Assembly: GCA_021463465.1 (NCBI GenBank)
Contig: JAJTYH010000003.1
Coordinates: 3,043 to 67,042, forward strand
Source of the DNA: a bacterium
GTDB lineage: Bacteria; Patescibacteriota; Dojkabacteria; SC72
Length of the DNA stretch: 64,000 nucleotides
Direction of reading: 5' to 3'
Below, one piece after another: positions 52,041-62,900 of this stretch; position 1 is the first letter of the stretch; each line of letters opens with the position of its first letter. The notes under the pieces are model-generated. The model was not told where the DNA came from. It ran no database searches and worked only from the letters and a program-made list of their open reading frames with translations. The position numbers and the translations under genes were made by a program.

Positions 52041-52306
52041 AGTTTATCGCAATTACTCCTAAATGACGAATTTGTAATCTGCTGACCTCTTCACCTATGG
52101 TAATGAGGTTTGAACATTTTTCTTTAAAATTCCTTAACAGCTAATAATACTTTCACACGGTTGAAATCCAGCCCTCTCCTCCATAACCGCTCTACAATGA
52201 CAGGGCTCACCATCTTTAAGATTGCTTACAGGAATGTGATTCGTTACATACTAAAAAAGTAGTTCCCAAATCTAATTCTTCAATACTTAGTGGTATAATA
52301 ATCCAA

Positions 52307-52813
52307 ATGAAATATATAACCAAAGAACAATTTGAAACCATTAAGAATATTCCAAGGGCACGATTAACAGCACGATTTTTTGTATACACCGGAATAATAA
52401 TTCAAGCAGGAAACAAAATTTTACTCTGTAAACCGAAAAAATCTAAATACCTTGGTTGGCAATTACCTGGAGGAAAGGTTCTGTGGAGCGAAAAATTCAC
52501 AAAATGCATCCAAAGAGAAGTACTTGAAGAAACAGGAATGGAAGTGACATTAAAAGGGATAGTAGGTGTATATCAAAGAAAAACAACACCTGAAGATGAA
52601 GAATTTATTAGAATAATTTATTGCGCCAATACTTTTAAAAAGTTACATCGTAAGCCAATTGATCCCGAAATTGAGAAAGTCCGCTGGTTTGATATTCAGG
52701 AAGTTTTAGAAGGAAAAGTTGAAATTCAATCACTCCAAATCATTAAAGAAATAAAATACTACCTGAGAAACAAGGTTTATCCTTTAAATTTTATTAAGGC
52801 TTATAAATGGTAA
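52307..52813 (+). CDS. NUDIX hydrolase
   Basis: Canonical Nudix box GGKVLWSEKFTKCIQREVLEETGMEV. It is preceded by an extended -10 (TGgTATAAT, 52291-52299) only 7 nt from the ATG, so it is leaderless-like. Confidence 0.75.
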   Translation: MKYITKEQFETIKNIPRARLTARFFVYTGIIIQAGNKILLCKPKKSKYLGWQLPGGKVLWSEKFTKCIQREVLEETGMEVTLKGIVGVYQRKTTPEDEEFIRIIYCANTFKKLHRKPIDPEIEKVRWFDIQEVLEGKVEIQSLQIIKEIKYYLRNKVYPLNFIKAYKW

Positions 52814-52843
52814 GAGTTTCGCACATGCTTATAAAAATCTTAA

Positions 52844-52903
52844 TCTCCAGACTCGTATGTCCCTCCATATTTTTATGGTAGCAGCAAGACTCAACCCTCC
52901 GCA
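52844..52903 (+). repeat. Direct repeat copy c (diverged)
   Basis: TCCAGACTCGTATGTCCCTCCATATTTTTATGGTAGCAGCAAGACTCAACCCTCCGCA is about 75% identical to copy b. Confidence 0.6.
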
Positions 52904-52954
52904 CAAAGATTCATTAAAAAATTAAGTTAAGGCTCTATAACGTTAAGCTTCAGA

Positions 52955-53015
52955 CACATATACCCTTCGATGCTCTCACTGTAGTGACAAGGAGCATTAT
53001 CTTTCTTTCAAAACC
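52955..53015 (+). repeat. Direct repeat copy d (strongly degenerate)
   Basis: TTCAGACACATATACCCTTCGATGCTCTCACTGTAGTGACAAGGAGCATTATCTTTCTTTCAAAACC shares the blocks CAC-GTAG-GACAAG and CTTTCTTTCAAAA-CC with copy b. Confidence 0.4.
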
Positions 53016-53189
53016 TTTTGCCAATTTAAGTTAGCTTTCTCCTAGAATCACTCACTAAAAAGCAGAACCTTGATAAACGAAAATATTAGAAATCGTTTCT
53101 ACTTGTTTCAGGTGGATTGCCACAACTTGATTCGTATGAATAGACTACAAATCCAGTTTATGCCAATTCATTTTCAAACAATCTACTAG

Positions 53190-53744
53190 CTACTTCTTAA
53201 AAATATCCTCAAAAAGTTTTTCAAAGTCGGAGTATCCGGCATCAGTTGTAAAATGTCCTGCATCTTTAACAAACACATACCTCGCTTTAAAAGTCTTTGC
53301 AATTTTTTCACCGTGACTGACCGGAATATAACTATCATTACTGGATTGGTACACAACAAACTTCTTACACTGTCCTTTTATTTTTTTAAAATCAAAAGGT
53401 TTTGCAAAGAAAGTATCTAACAAGCCATTTTCCTTTGGATACCAGAGATAATCAATAAAACCGCCAACCATATAAAGAGTATCAATTTGATAATCAAAAT
53501 CAGTTAGAAGATTTAAAACAAACGATACACCTCTGGAGTGAGCAATAAAAACAGTTTCCTCATTTATTTTATCTTTGTATTTATCTAATTCCTTGTACCA
53601 CCGACTTAATTGATGACCGTCTTCACAAGGAAAATCAGGGACAACACATTGATAACCCTGCTTCTCTATCTTGCTTTTCATCCAAGGAAACCAGTGTACT
53701 TTAGATGAATCATCAGAGCCATGGATTATAAAAAAGTTTTTCAT
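53190..53744 (-). CDS. Alpha/beta serine hydrolase (YdeN/RBBP9-like esterase)
   Basis: 184 aa with IIHGSDDSS...W and FIAHSRG, a nucleophile-elbow-like motif. Confidence 0.55.
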   Translation of the reverse strand: MKNFFIIHGSDDSSKVHWFPWMKSKIEKQGYQCVVPDFPCEDGHQLSRWYKELDKYKDKINEETVFIAHSRGVSFVLNLLTDFDYQIDTLYMVGGFIDYLWYPKENGLLDTFFAKPFDFKKIKGQCKKFVVYQSSNDSYIPVSHGEKIAKTFKARYVFVKDAGHFTTDAGYSDFEKLFEDIFKK

Positions 53745-53767
53745 ATAGTTTTTAAATCGATTATACT

Positions 53768-54685
53768 CTAGTTCATTGATAATCTTTCAAGCCTAGCAAT
53801 CATTTTAGTAAATGTATCCAAATCATCAGATCTTTTAAGTCTTTCAAATGTAAGAAGAGAGTAATACGATTCTTCAACTAAAAATAAAATCTCACTCAGA
53901 ATCCTATATTTACAGTACTTTTCTAACAACGAAAGCCTCTCCCAGGCCTCTAAAAATCTTTCGAAGGTTTTCCTTGATAGAAACAGCTCAGACTCAAAAA
54001 TATCATAGAAGGGTAACGTTGAGTGAACATCATCAAAATCAATAATCCCTGCGTATAAATTATTATCCATATACACATGCCCAGGTATATCTGCATGTAC
54101 TAATCGACCAACTTCTAACTCAACTGAACTATCAATAAGTCCTTTATACTTGTTCTTTAACTTGTCAAAAATAGTAGTTTCGCCAATTTGATAGGACAAG
54201 AGCCCAACAAATGTTTCAAACTTTGAAAGAAAATAATCTTTATAATAACGATACTGACCATATAAGCTCTTACCCTCAACTCTTATATTCCCAAACCCGC
54301 TGACATCTACCCCATTTATAATGGAGAGCTGTTCTGCAATTACCTCTAATTGTTTGTTCCATTGAGATGGCGTACCTGAATCACCTTGTAGTTTATCGAT
54401 AATAAGCACGTGTTTACCGTCAAAAGCACTAAACCTATCTACAAAAGTTATTTCAGGTGTACTAACACCCTTTGCTCTTAGCTGATCAGTGATAAACTTC
54501 TGAACCAGATAATCAGAACTGTTATCATGACTAATCTTTAGATAATGGGAAGTACCGTCAATAAAGCGTAAAATAAACACATTCGAAGATACACCTTTAT
54601 TTAATACTGGGTCGATACTCTCAAGTTTGAAGCCCTTTTGGAACAGGTACCGTTTTACTTCTTCAATATCAATTTTATCAATCAC
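53768..54685 (-). CDS. Aminoglycoside/small-molecule phosphotransferase (APH-family kinase fold)
   Basis: 305 aa. The motif LVHADIPGHVYMDNNLYAGIIDFDD matches the APH catalytic loop HxDxxxxN and a DFD metal-binding motif. Confidence 0.6.
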   Translation of the reverse strand: MIDKIDIEEVKRYLFQKGFKLESIDPVLNKGVSSNVFILRFIDGTSHYLKISHDNSSDYLVQKFITDQLRAKGVSTPEITFVDRFSAFDGKHVLIIDKLQGDSGTPSQWNKQLEVIAEQLSIINGVDVSGFGNIRVEGKSLYGQYRYYKDYFLSKFETFVGLLSYQIGETTIFDKLKNKYKGLIDSSVELEVGRLVHADIPGHVYMDNNLYAGIIDFDDVHSTLPFYDIFESELFLSRKTFERFLEAWERLSLLEKYCKYRILSEILFLVEESYYSLLTFERLKRSDDLDTFTKMIARLERLSMN

Positions 54686-55348
54686 TATTATATACAGCTC
54701 TTAACTTTAAGATTTAATTATAGTTTAATAATACCTAAATATCACTTCCCAAAGAATTACAGTCTCTGGAAACAAAAGGAAAACTAGATGACATGACACA
54801 GGCATATCCAATATAGAAAGCATAATTACAACTGATAAGTAAAACTTTAAAAATAAGTGCTGTTATTTTTGATAGAGTTGGGGTAACTATCAATAGCGAG
54901 TACACGGTAATTAAATCCGTTACGTCTATTTTTCAAAAGCTAGGATTTAATATAATGAAAAATGATTAAAGTATCTCGTAGGGATAAGTTAAAACACTAA
55001 TAAGAACTACTTTCTAAACAAATCGGGCTTCAACCTTGAAGAATACTAAATACTCTCTTCTACTGGTTATTAGGATCAAGTCCATTATTCAATGAAATCA
55101 TAATGGGAATCAATAACCCCTGCTGGATACAATACAACCTCAACAGTGATTAGATGCTAAATCTTCTAAATAAATTCAACGTGATTGAGGCAAAAGAAGA
55201 TCTTACGAGATCAAAACCTAGCCCTGAACCATATCTAATAACTGTAAAAAGTTAGACTTCCAACTATGCCATGTATTGCGATTGATGATACGGCTGATTC
55301 TTGCAAACCCTTCAATTTAACGAGTTTTTAGATTTCAACATATACAAA

Positions 55349-55374
55349 AAACGCCCGGTAAAAACCGAGCGTTT
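55349..55374 (-). terminator. Intrinsic terminator downstream of RRM gene
   Basis: The minus strand reads aacgctcgg-ttttta-ccgggcgtt followed by TTTTGTAT. Confidence 0.5.
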
Positions 55375-55396
55375 CAAGTTCAAGAGTCGAAGTGAA

Positions 55397-55723
55397 TTAG
55401 AAACGTCTGTCGTTTCTGTATCCACCGTTATCTCTTCGACCACCGAAATCTCTTCGGCCGCCACCAGAGAAACTTCTTCGAGGTCTCTCTTCTCTTGGCT
55501 GAGCAAAGTCAACCTTAAGAGTTCGACCATCCAACTCCATGCCATTCATGGCATCGAGAGCTGCTTGAGCCTGCTCTGCTGTCTCGAAGGTAAGGAATCC
55601 GAATCCCTTTCCAACGGGCTTGTATGAGTCAACAACCTTACCATGAGCAGAAGCAACCTCTACCAATGTCTCAATTGTTGTATCGTAGGATAGATTTCCT
55701 ACAAACAATTTTACTTTATCCAT
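55397..55723 (-). CDS. RRM-type RNA-binding protein with RGG/Gly-rich C-terminal tail (start at MDKVKLFVGNL)
   Basis: RNP2 motif LFVGNL and RNP1 motif KGFGFLTF. The C-terminal tail is RRSFSGGGRRDFGGRRDNGGYR. Confidence 0.75.
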   Translation of the reverse strand: MDKVKLFVGNLSYDTTIETLVEVASAHGKVVDSYKPVGKGFGFLTFETAEQAQAALDAMNGMELDGRTLKVDFAQPREERPRRSFSGGGRRDFGGRRDNGGYRNDRRF

Positions 55724-55833
55724 TAAAGATAAAAAATAAATTATATACCTTACAATACCAACTAATTGAAACACTAGTTACGATCTGTAAGCAGTGCATT
55801 ATACCATGAAAGTAGTATAATGAAACTATTAGA

Positions 55834-56538
55834 TTGTTTTTACCTAAAATGAAAAGCCGGCATTTACAGTTTCTTCTGCTCGGACTATCTGCAGTGACCT
55901 CGGTGATTATGTATTTCAACTTACCGAATCGAATCCCTTCTCACTGGAATTACCTTGGACAAGTTGATGGATTTAGTTCGAAATTAGCTGTATTAGCAGC
56001 ATTTCCCCTCTTAACCCTGTTCATCTACTCACTTTTAATGCTGATTCCTAAATTTGACCCTCTCAATAAAAATATCAAAGAGTTCTCTGTTGAGTTTGAG
56101 AAATTTATAACCGTGATGATGCTCTTCTTTTTAGTAATACAGTACCAGGTTATTCTGTGGGCGGTAGGGATTAAGCTTTCACCTAATACTCTATTCCCTC
56201 TGATTATCTCAATTCTCTTCTACTCTATCGGTGGGCTTTTATCAAAATCAAAACCCAATTGGAGCATTGGTATAAGGACACCCTGGACATTAAGCAGCGA
56301 AAAGGTATGGGAAAAAACACATTCACTTGGCGCCAAGCTCTTTAAACTATCACCTTTAGTTTTGCTACCCACCCTACTCTTTCCTCGTGCCGCCTTCTTT
56401 GTATTAATCGCTTATATACTTCTTATTACAGCGACATTAATAGCTTACTCGTACCTACAATACCAGCAAACTACAAAAGCTAAAGTTATAGAGATGAAAA
56501 CACGGCCTAAAAAACGGAAAAGAGTTAAGCGAAGCTAA
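55834..56538 (+). CDS. SdpI/YhfL-family polytopic membrane protein (DUF1648 N-terminus)
   Basis: The N-terminal IPSHWN...G.VDGF and the motif NWSIGIRTPWTLSSEKVWEKTH match SdpI signatures. Multiple TM helices are present. Confidence 0.6.
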   Translation: MFLPKMKSRHLQFLLLGLSAVTSVIMYFNLPNRIPSHWNYLGQVDGFSSKLAVLAAFPLLTLFIYSLLMLIPKFDPLNKNIKEFSVEFEKFITVMMLFFLVIQYQVILWAVGIKLSPNTLFPLIISILFYSIGGLLSKSKPNWSIGIRTPWTLSSEKVWEKTHSLGAKLFKLSPLVLLPTLLFPRAAFFVLIAYILLITATLIAYSYLQYQQTTKAKVIEMKTRPKKRKRVKRS

Positions 56539-56540
56539 AG

Positions 56541-56693
56541 CCACTTACCATCTTCAAATACTTTCTTACCATCAACGTAAATCTGGCTACCTTTCTTTCT
56601 CATATCTTTAACCTTATCCCCCTTCTTTACTTTAAGTGAGTGATCTACAAAAACTTTAGCAAGTTTAACATTACGCGGATCAGTAAACATAGT
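56541..56693 (-). pseudogene. 51-codon remnant resembling the N-terminus of an M29-family aminopeptidase (AmpS/PepS)
   Basis: The manual translation MFTDPRNVKLAKVFVDHSLKVKKGDKV... follows the AmpS N-terminal pattern x-KLAK-x-V-x-x-SL-x-V-x-x-G-x-x-V. It stops after 51 codons. Confidence 0.3.
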
Positions 56694-56731
56694 GCGATTC
56701 ACTTAAGTTATTACTCCATTCTACACCTAAA

Positions 56732-56760
56732 TTTTCAAAAGAGTTATAGGGTGCTATAAT
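56732..56760 (+). promoter_or_regulatory. Candidate promoter (TTTTCA-17-TGcTATAAT, extended -10)
   Basis: The -35 is at 56732-56737 and the extended -10 at 56752-56760. It faces the 3' end of the giant minus-strand gene. Confidence 0.35.
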
Positions 56761-56766
56761 CTCAAC

Positions 56767-56895
56767 GTTTGAAGCCGCAGGGTTTCATTCTCCTCCCAGG
56801 CGGGAGCCCTTGTTGGGCGACATGGGTTCCCGACCTGGAGTGGTGTGAGTAATGGCTTCTAAGCCAACGACTTATGTCGTCACTCACACCACTTA
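56767..56895 (+). ncRNA. Candidate small structured RNA (unclassified)
   Basis: A ~130 nt GC-rich region contains a 9-bp-closed hairpin (ggtgtgagt...actcacacc, 56842-56890) and internal helices. No ORF is present. It lies between a promoter and the giant gene's stop codon. Confidence 0.25.
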
Positions 56896-56905
56896 CCAAA
56901 TGAAA

Positions 56906-59900
56906 TTATTTCTTTTTTACGATAATCCCCCGATCCACTACTATTTCTTTAGCTTTACGCTTCTTGGTGATTATACTGCTACCACCTTCGTATCTAACTG
57001 CCTTGTATCTTTCATCCATGACTCCAAGTTGATAAGTATCATTTGGCATTACAAATTGATACTGACCCTCTTTGTCTGTAACCCTTTTACCGACATATCT
57101 ATCAAACTTCATCTCTTTCAGAGTTACTGTGACACCCTCTACTGGACTGCCACTCTTTTCAACTACCATTCCAAACGACTGTTTTTTAATAGTTATGTTC
57201 TTAATTAACAACATTGAAGCAGGTAGATACAACAATACAGCGGTGAGATTAAGTGGGCTTGGGAATTTAAAGTAGGTATAGGCACCTAGGGCTAAACCAC
57301 CAAAAAATAGCGTTATATGGAAGATCTTTACGAGGATTGACGCAGAGCTCAAAAACTGTGCAAACACTTTTGAAATAGGAGAGAGAGCCTTTGGATCCAT
57401 CGGTACTACAATATTAAACATACTTTTACGCATAAAATTCACCAACTCTCCGTGGTAAACAGGCTCAAGAGGATAATCCACATGACCAGGCACAATCTTT
57501 GATGGATAAGTGTAGCCTGGTTTAACGACTAAGACCTTATACTTTCCTGGAGGGAGGCTGGCCCCAAATGTTCCAAATGCACTAGTTACATCTGTCCAAA
57601 CTAATCGCTCGCTTGTATTATAAATCCTCACTACAGCACGATTAATTGGCTTTTTGCTCACTGCATCATAAACCAAACCGTAAGGTCTACTTTTTTTAAT
57701 AAAACCGAAGAAGGAAAGTATGCTTACAAGTAATTGAATAAGGAAGTATGGAATATTTGTAAAGCCACCAGCAAATACTGCTATTCCAACAGAAACAGTT
57801 GTAGCAGTAGCGGCTGAAGCAACTACACTTAACTGAGGTTCTGACAGTTTTCCAACAGGTGTAGCATCAATAATTTTCGAAACTTTCTTCGCAGCAACAA
57901 TGGTAGCCTTAGGCGCCTTAACCAATACCGCATCTGCAACCTTTTTAACAGTTGGATTATTGATGCCTTTTACTAGCGACTCTGTAGGAATAACAATATC
58001 TTCCTCAGTCAGTTCTTCCTCAGTTGGAGTAACCTGATTTCCCTCTGTAGGCTCACTAACAGGTGACTCAACTTCAACAATCTCACCCATACCACCAGTT
58101 CCACTCAAGCCAGAAGCTACCCAGTAATCGATATTGCCAATTTTTTCTTTATGAACAACAACATCTTCACCTTCAATCTTTTTTGTCTGTGGGAACACAC
58201 CTTCAAAAATCACTCCTCCCTCACAATTACTATTAACGTCCGCAAGTGTAAGACTCCCTGGACACAGCCTGAATCTAGTTGTTTCACCAGCGGGTGTATA
58301 AAGCGTGAAGTTACCCGATAAACCCTGTTGCTGTGTAATCTTAAATACTGCCTTATTCTCCAACTTACTTGAATCCGCCCTTACGCTGCTCCAGTCTTTA
58401 TCCGAATCAAATAAGACTGGTAGATCAGCAATCAATAAATCTCCTTTAGTGACTTTCAATTCTTTTTCACCCCTTTGTGCGCCTTCAAACTGAGCTACAT
58501 TCACCTCAGGCAAATCTTTCAATACAACTGTAACACCAGCAGGAGCGCTGAATACCACCGCGTTGGTTTTTACAATAATCTTTGTACCATAAATAGTTTC
58601 TACGTTATTTCCGTTTCGTGCCTTTACCTTGAATTCAAAATCAGATGCAGAAGGCAAACCTTTTATTAAAAAACCATTATTGCCGCCAAACTCTTCATAA
58701 GTACCCCATGAAGCAGTGCTTTTAAGCGTTCCGTCTTCTTTCGAAACAAACTTCCCACTTGCAACCTCAAAAATAGCATATAAAACAAGGCTGTCGTTGC
58801 CTGGGTTTACAAGGCGAATTCGACCCCCTGTTGTTGATTGAGTGTTAAATGTAGGCTCTCCTGGTACCAAAGCATTAGTATGCGCCGTTGCCGCATCAGA
58901 ATATTCAGTTTCAACATTCTGTTGGTTTCTTGATTTCACCAAGAAAGTGTAAAATTTGCCAGGTACAAGCTGGGTCACAGTTACACCACTACTCCCACCC
59001 CACTGTGCATATGTTCCCCAAACAGGTGAATCTACCTGCGCACCAGAAAGGTTAACAAATTTATCCAATCCATCAATTTTAATACTAAAGCTACTTGTAC
59101 TAGACGAATACTGATTATCTAACTTCAATTTTATTGAGTTTGTTGAAAGGTTAGACAAACCTAATGGAACAGGGCGCGGCGCAAGGGTTGTAACTTGAAC
59201 ACCTTCAGTTTCAAACGACACAACTTCATCGCCATTTCGAACATAAACTTTGAAAGTGTAAGTTGCATTTGGAGTCAAACCCGTTACAACAACACCATTA
59301 CTCGACCCGAATTCAGAGTATGTACCCCAAATAGCGCTATCACTTAAGTTACCACCAGACTTAGGAACGTATTTAAGCGAATTTTCTCTAATACTAAACT
59401 GGGTTGCTGGAGGATTACCACCATTACTCACCTTTATCCTTACTGAGGTATCAGATACAGCTTCAAGAATTGGAAGGTCAAGAGGTGCTGCATGGGTGTA
59501 CTTTTGACCAGTTAGCGATACATCTGTTTCTACATTATCACTATTTTTTGCCTTAACTGCGAATGTATATTGAGCATTAGCAAACAAACCTACCACATTT
59601 ACCCCTGTTGTTTGACCAAAGTCACTATATGAGCTCCAGGTAGGGGTAGTTCCTAAACTTCCATTGCCTGGATTCACATACAAGCCAGAAACTGTTTCAA
59701 GTAAGGCATAACTTGTTGTTGTATTATTACTTCCAGTATTAATCTTAACGTTAATTGAGGTATTGGAGACCGCACTCACATTAGGGGCATCTGGAATGTT
59801 AGCAAATGTCGTTATAGTAGCTGTGCTAGTGAAATCGCCATTACCATTAGAATCGTAAGCAGCTACTTTACGCGTGTATGAGGTGTTAGCAGTCAGACCG

Positions 59901-62900
59901 AATTCATCACAGTATGTGATATTGCTACTTGCGCACTGTGCAACCTGTACTCCGCTCTCGTCAAAAACCCTAAAGCCTACCTCGTTGGTTAAATCCTCAG
60001 TAAATTTCCATCTGATACTTGTACTGCTTAGCACCTCTGGGGTACCCATAGTTGGAGCGCCAAGTGCCTCGTATTCGCCTGAAGCATTGCTATATGAAGT
60101 TTCTTCACCGTCGTTATTTCTAGCTTTAACCCTAAATGCATAACCAACACCAGGTTCTAAGCCAGAAGCTATAAACCCACTATCTCCACCGTAATCAGCA
60201 AACTGATCCCAAGCTTCATTCTGTACAAAGTTGCCAGATGAATTAACATAATCCCCACTATTAACTTCTTGTACAGCATATGTAACAGAAGCAGGGTTAC
60301 CGTTACTATCAAGTGTTACCCTAGCCGTTGCAGAGCTAATCCTCTGAACATCTGGAACGCCTGGGGTATTTGCAAATGTATATTTCGTAGCCGAACTTCC
60401 AAATACAGTGACCACCTGATCTCCATTTCTTGCCATAACTTGGAAGGTATAGCCATTATTAGGGGATAATCCTGATACACCTAAACCGTTAGACCCTCCC
60501 CACTGAGCATATGTAGCCCAATCTGCGCTGCCCTGTGCCACTCCCGTTTGATGGTTTATATAATTACTACCACCTACCTGAACTGAAAACTCTGTATTAG
60601 AAGGGTTATTGTTAACATCCAAAACAAGCTTTAAAACAGTAGTAGATAGTGCGCTTAAAGTCGGGGCATTTGGTGTTTTAGATCGTGTATAAATAGAAGA
60701 TCCTGTTGATAATGCCCCCTCTATATTATTTATGTTCCTAGCTTTTACCTTATATGTGTACTGAGTATTACTACTTAACCCTATCGAGTCTACCCCGCTA
60801 GTACCGCCCCACTGTGCGTAGGTCCCCCACTGTACCTCCGAAACCAACTGGCCATTAGCTGGATTAAGATATTGATCAGTTACATCCTCAAATACCGCAA
60901 ACTCAGTATTAGAAGGATTTGTTTGAGGGTTAATTTTCACATTAATAACTGTTGATGAAAGCGAGGAAACGGAAGGTGCTACACTATCAGCAGCTAAAGT
61001 AACAAATTGACCTTGTGAGGATTGCGAAGTTTCAACATTAGATTCATTTCTTGCTATAACTGTGGCGAAATACGACGTATTAGGAGTTAAACTTGTAATA
61101 GTAATACCCTCCCACTCTGCTTCGGTTTTCCATGTCGCAGGTGAAGTTACAAGACTTCCGTTCCCATCAACGTAATAAGTATCATCAATTAGTATTTTGA
61201 ACTTAGTATAAGTAGGATTGCCACCTGGATTAATCCCAATTGTTGCCGTAGTTTGGCCAGCAGTAATTGAAGGGGCATCAGGTGTAACCGACAGCGTATA
61301 TAAAGTAGAACTTGAGCTTTTAGAACTCTCAGTTCCTCCATTGTATGCACTTAGTTTTCGAGTGTACGAAGTATTTACATTCAAACTGTTTTCAACACAC
61401 TCGTAAGTATCTCCACTAACTAAATTAGCAGTACAATTAGCAATAAAAGAATCCCCTCCATCATAAAGTTTAAAACCCGTTTCATTAAGACCATTGTTAT
61501 TAAACCTCCAGGAGATGGTATCTCCATCTACAGCTACAGGGGTTAAAATATTAGGGGTTAAAAGATTAGTATAAGTTGAGATACTGCTGCTGTACGCTGT
61601 TTCAGTATTTTCAGAATTCCTAGCTTTTACCTTAAAAGTATACTGTAATCCCTCATCAAGATTATTTACCTGAAAGTTAGTGCCCCAGGAACTTGCTGTA
61701 TACCAGAACGGCGCAACTTGGAGTTGATTCGTTGTACCGTTAACGTATTTGCTACTAGACTCCTCAAAAAATGCATATTCTGTTGAGGTTGGATTACTAT
61801 TTAAATCTGAATTTAAGGCAATCTTTACATAGTTGCTACTAACTTCGGCAAAGGAAGGTACCAATGGAGTATTCGCGGCTGAATATTTATTTGAGGTTGA
61901 AGAATACGCTGTCTCAATACCGTCACCATTTCTTGTTTTTACTCTGAACGTATATTGAGTATTAGGAATTAAACCTGAAATTATTTCAGCGCCATCACTG
62001 TCCCATGATCCACTCTCATTGCAACCGGCAGTAGTACAATCAAACATTACAGCAGACTGACCTTGTCCAAGATTACTTGTACCACTTGTGAGAACTTCAA
62101 TAGATGTAGGTCCTACAGATCCATAAGAGATTGAAGGTACTGATGCTAAAGTATAAATGGTCACATTAGACGAGTATGCTGTCTCTACACCATCACCATT
62201 CCTACCTTTTACTCTAAATGTATATTGCGTATTGTCGGACAAAGATGTGGCAGTCGCATTCATTGACGTTTGCCATGCATTTAACCCTGTGTCACAACTG
62301 GTTCCTGTACAATCAAAATATATACCTGAGCTTCCTTCAGTTTCGTTTGATACCCCACTGGCTGTAAGCGGAATTTCAGATGTCGTTATTGTACCTAATG
62401 CAATCGAAGGGGTCTGGATAAGTGTATACCTACTTATACTTGATGAGTACGTTTGGCTATCGCCATTTTCATTGTATGCTTTTAACTGCCTCTGATACGA
62501 GACATTAGGAGAAAGTCCCGTTTCATCACAGTATGCAATATCAGCGCCGACACAAGTAGCTTTCAGATTGCCTAACATATCAAACACTTTTACTCCATCC
62601 TCATTATCTGCATTATCAGTAAACGTCCACCTGATTGAAGTTGTAGAAAGGGCCGAAGGTGCTGTTGCAGTAGGGGTATCAGGGACATTTAGTTCTTCTG
62701 ATCCAACTGTAAAAGATACAGAGTCCCCTGAATTATCTTTTCGTTGTGCGTATATAACCTGCAAGTAAGGGGGTAAGCTTGATTGAGAGTCAGTTATTGC
62801 GCTACAGCTATGTGTATGCGATGCAGAGGCTGTTGTTGTGACTGTTCCGTAGCTTGTAACCTTATTACTACCTGAATCAACAGATGTTGATAGATTTAAA

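Noticed and set aside
56842-56890. Long hairpin downstream of the giant gene as a standalone intrinsic terminator
   Set aside because: No U-run follows on the minus strand, and no T-run follows on the plus strand. It is kept only as part of the candidate structured RNA.
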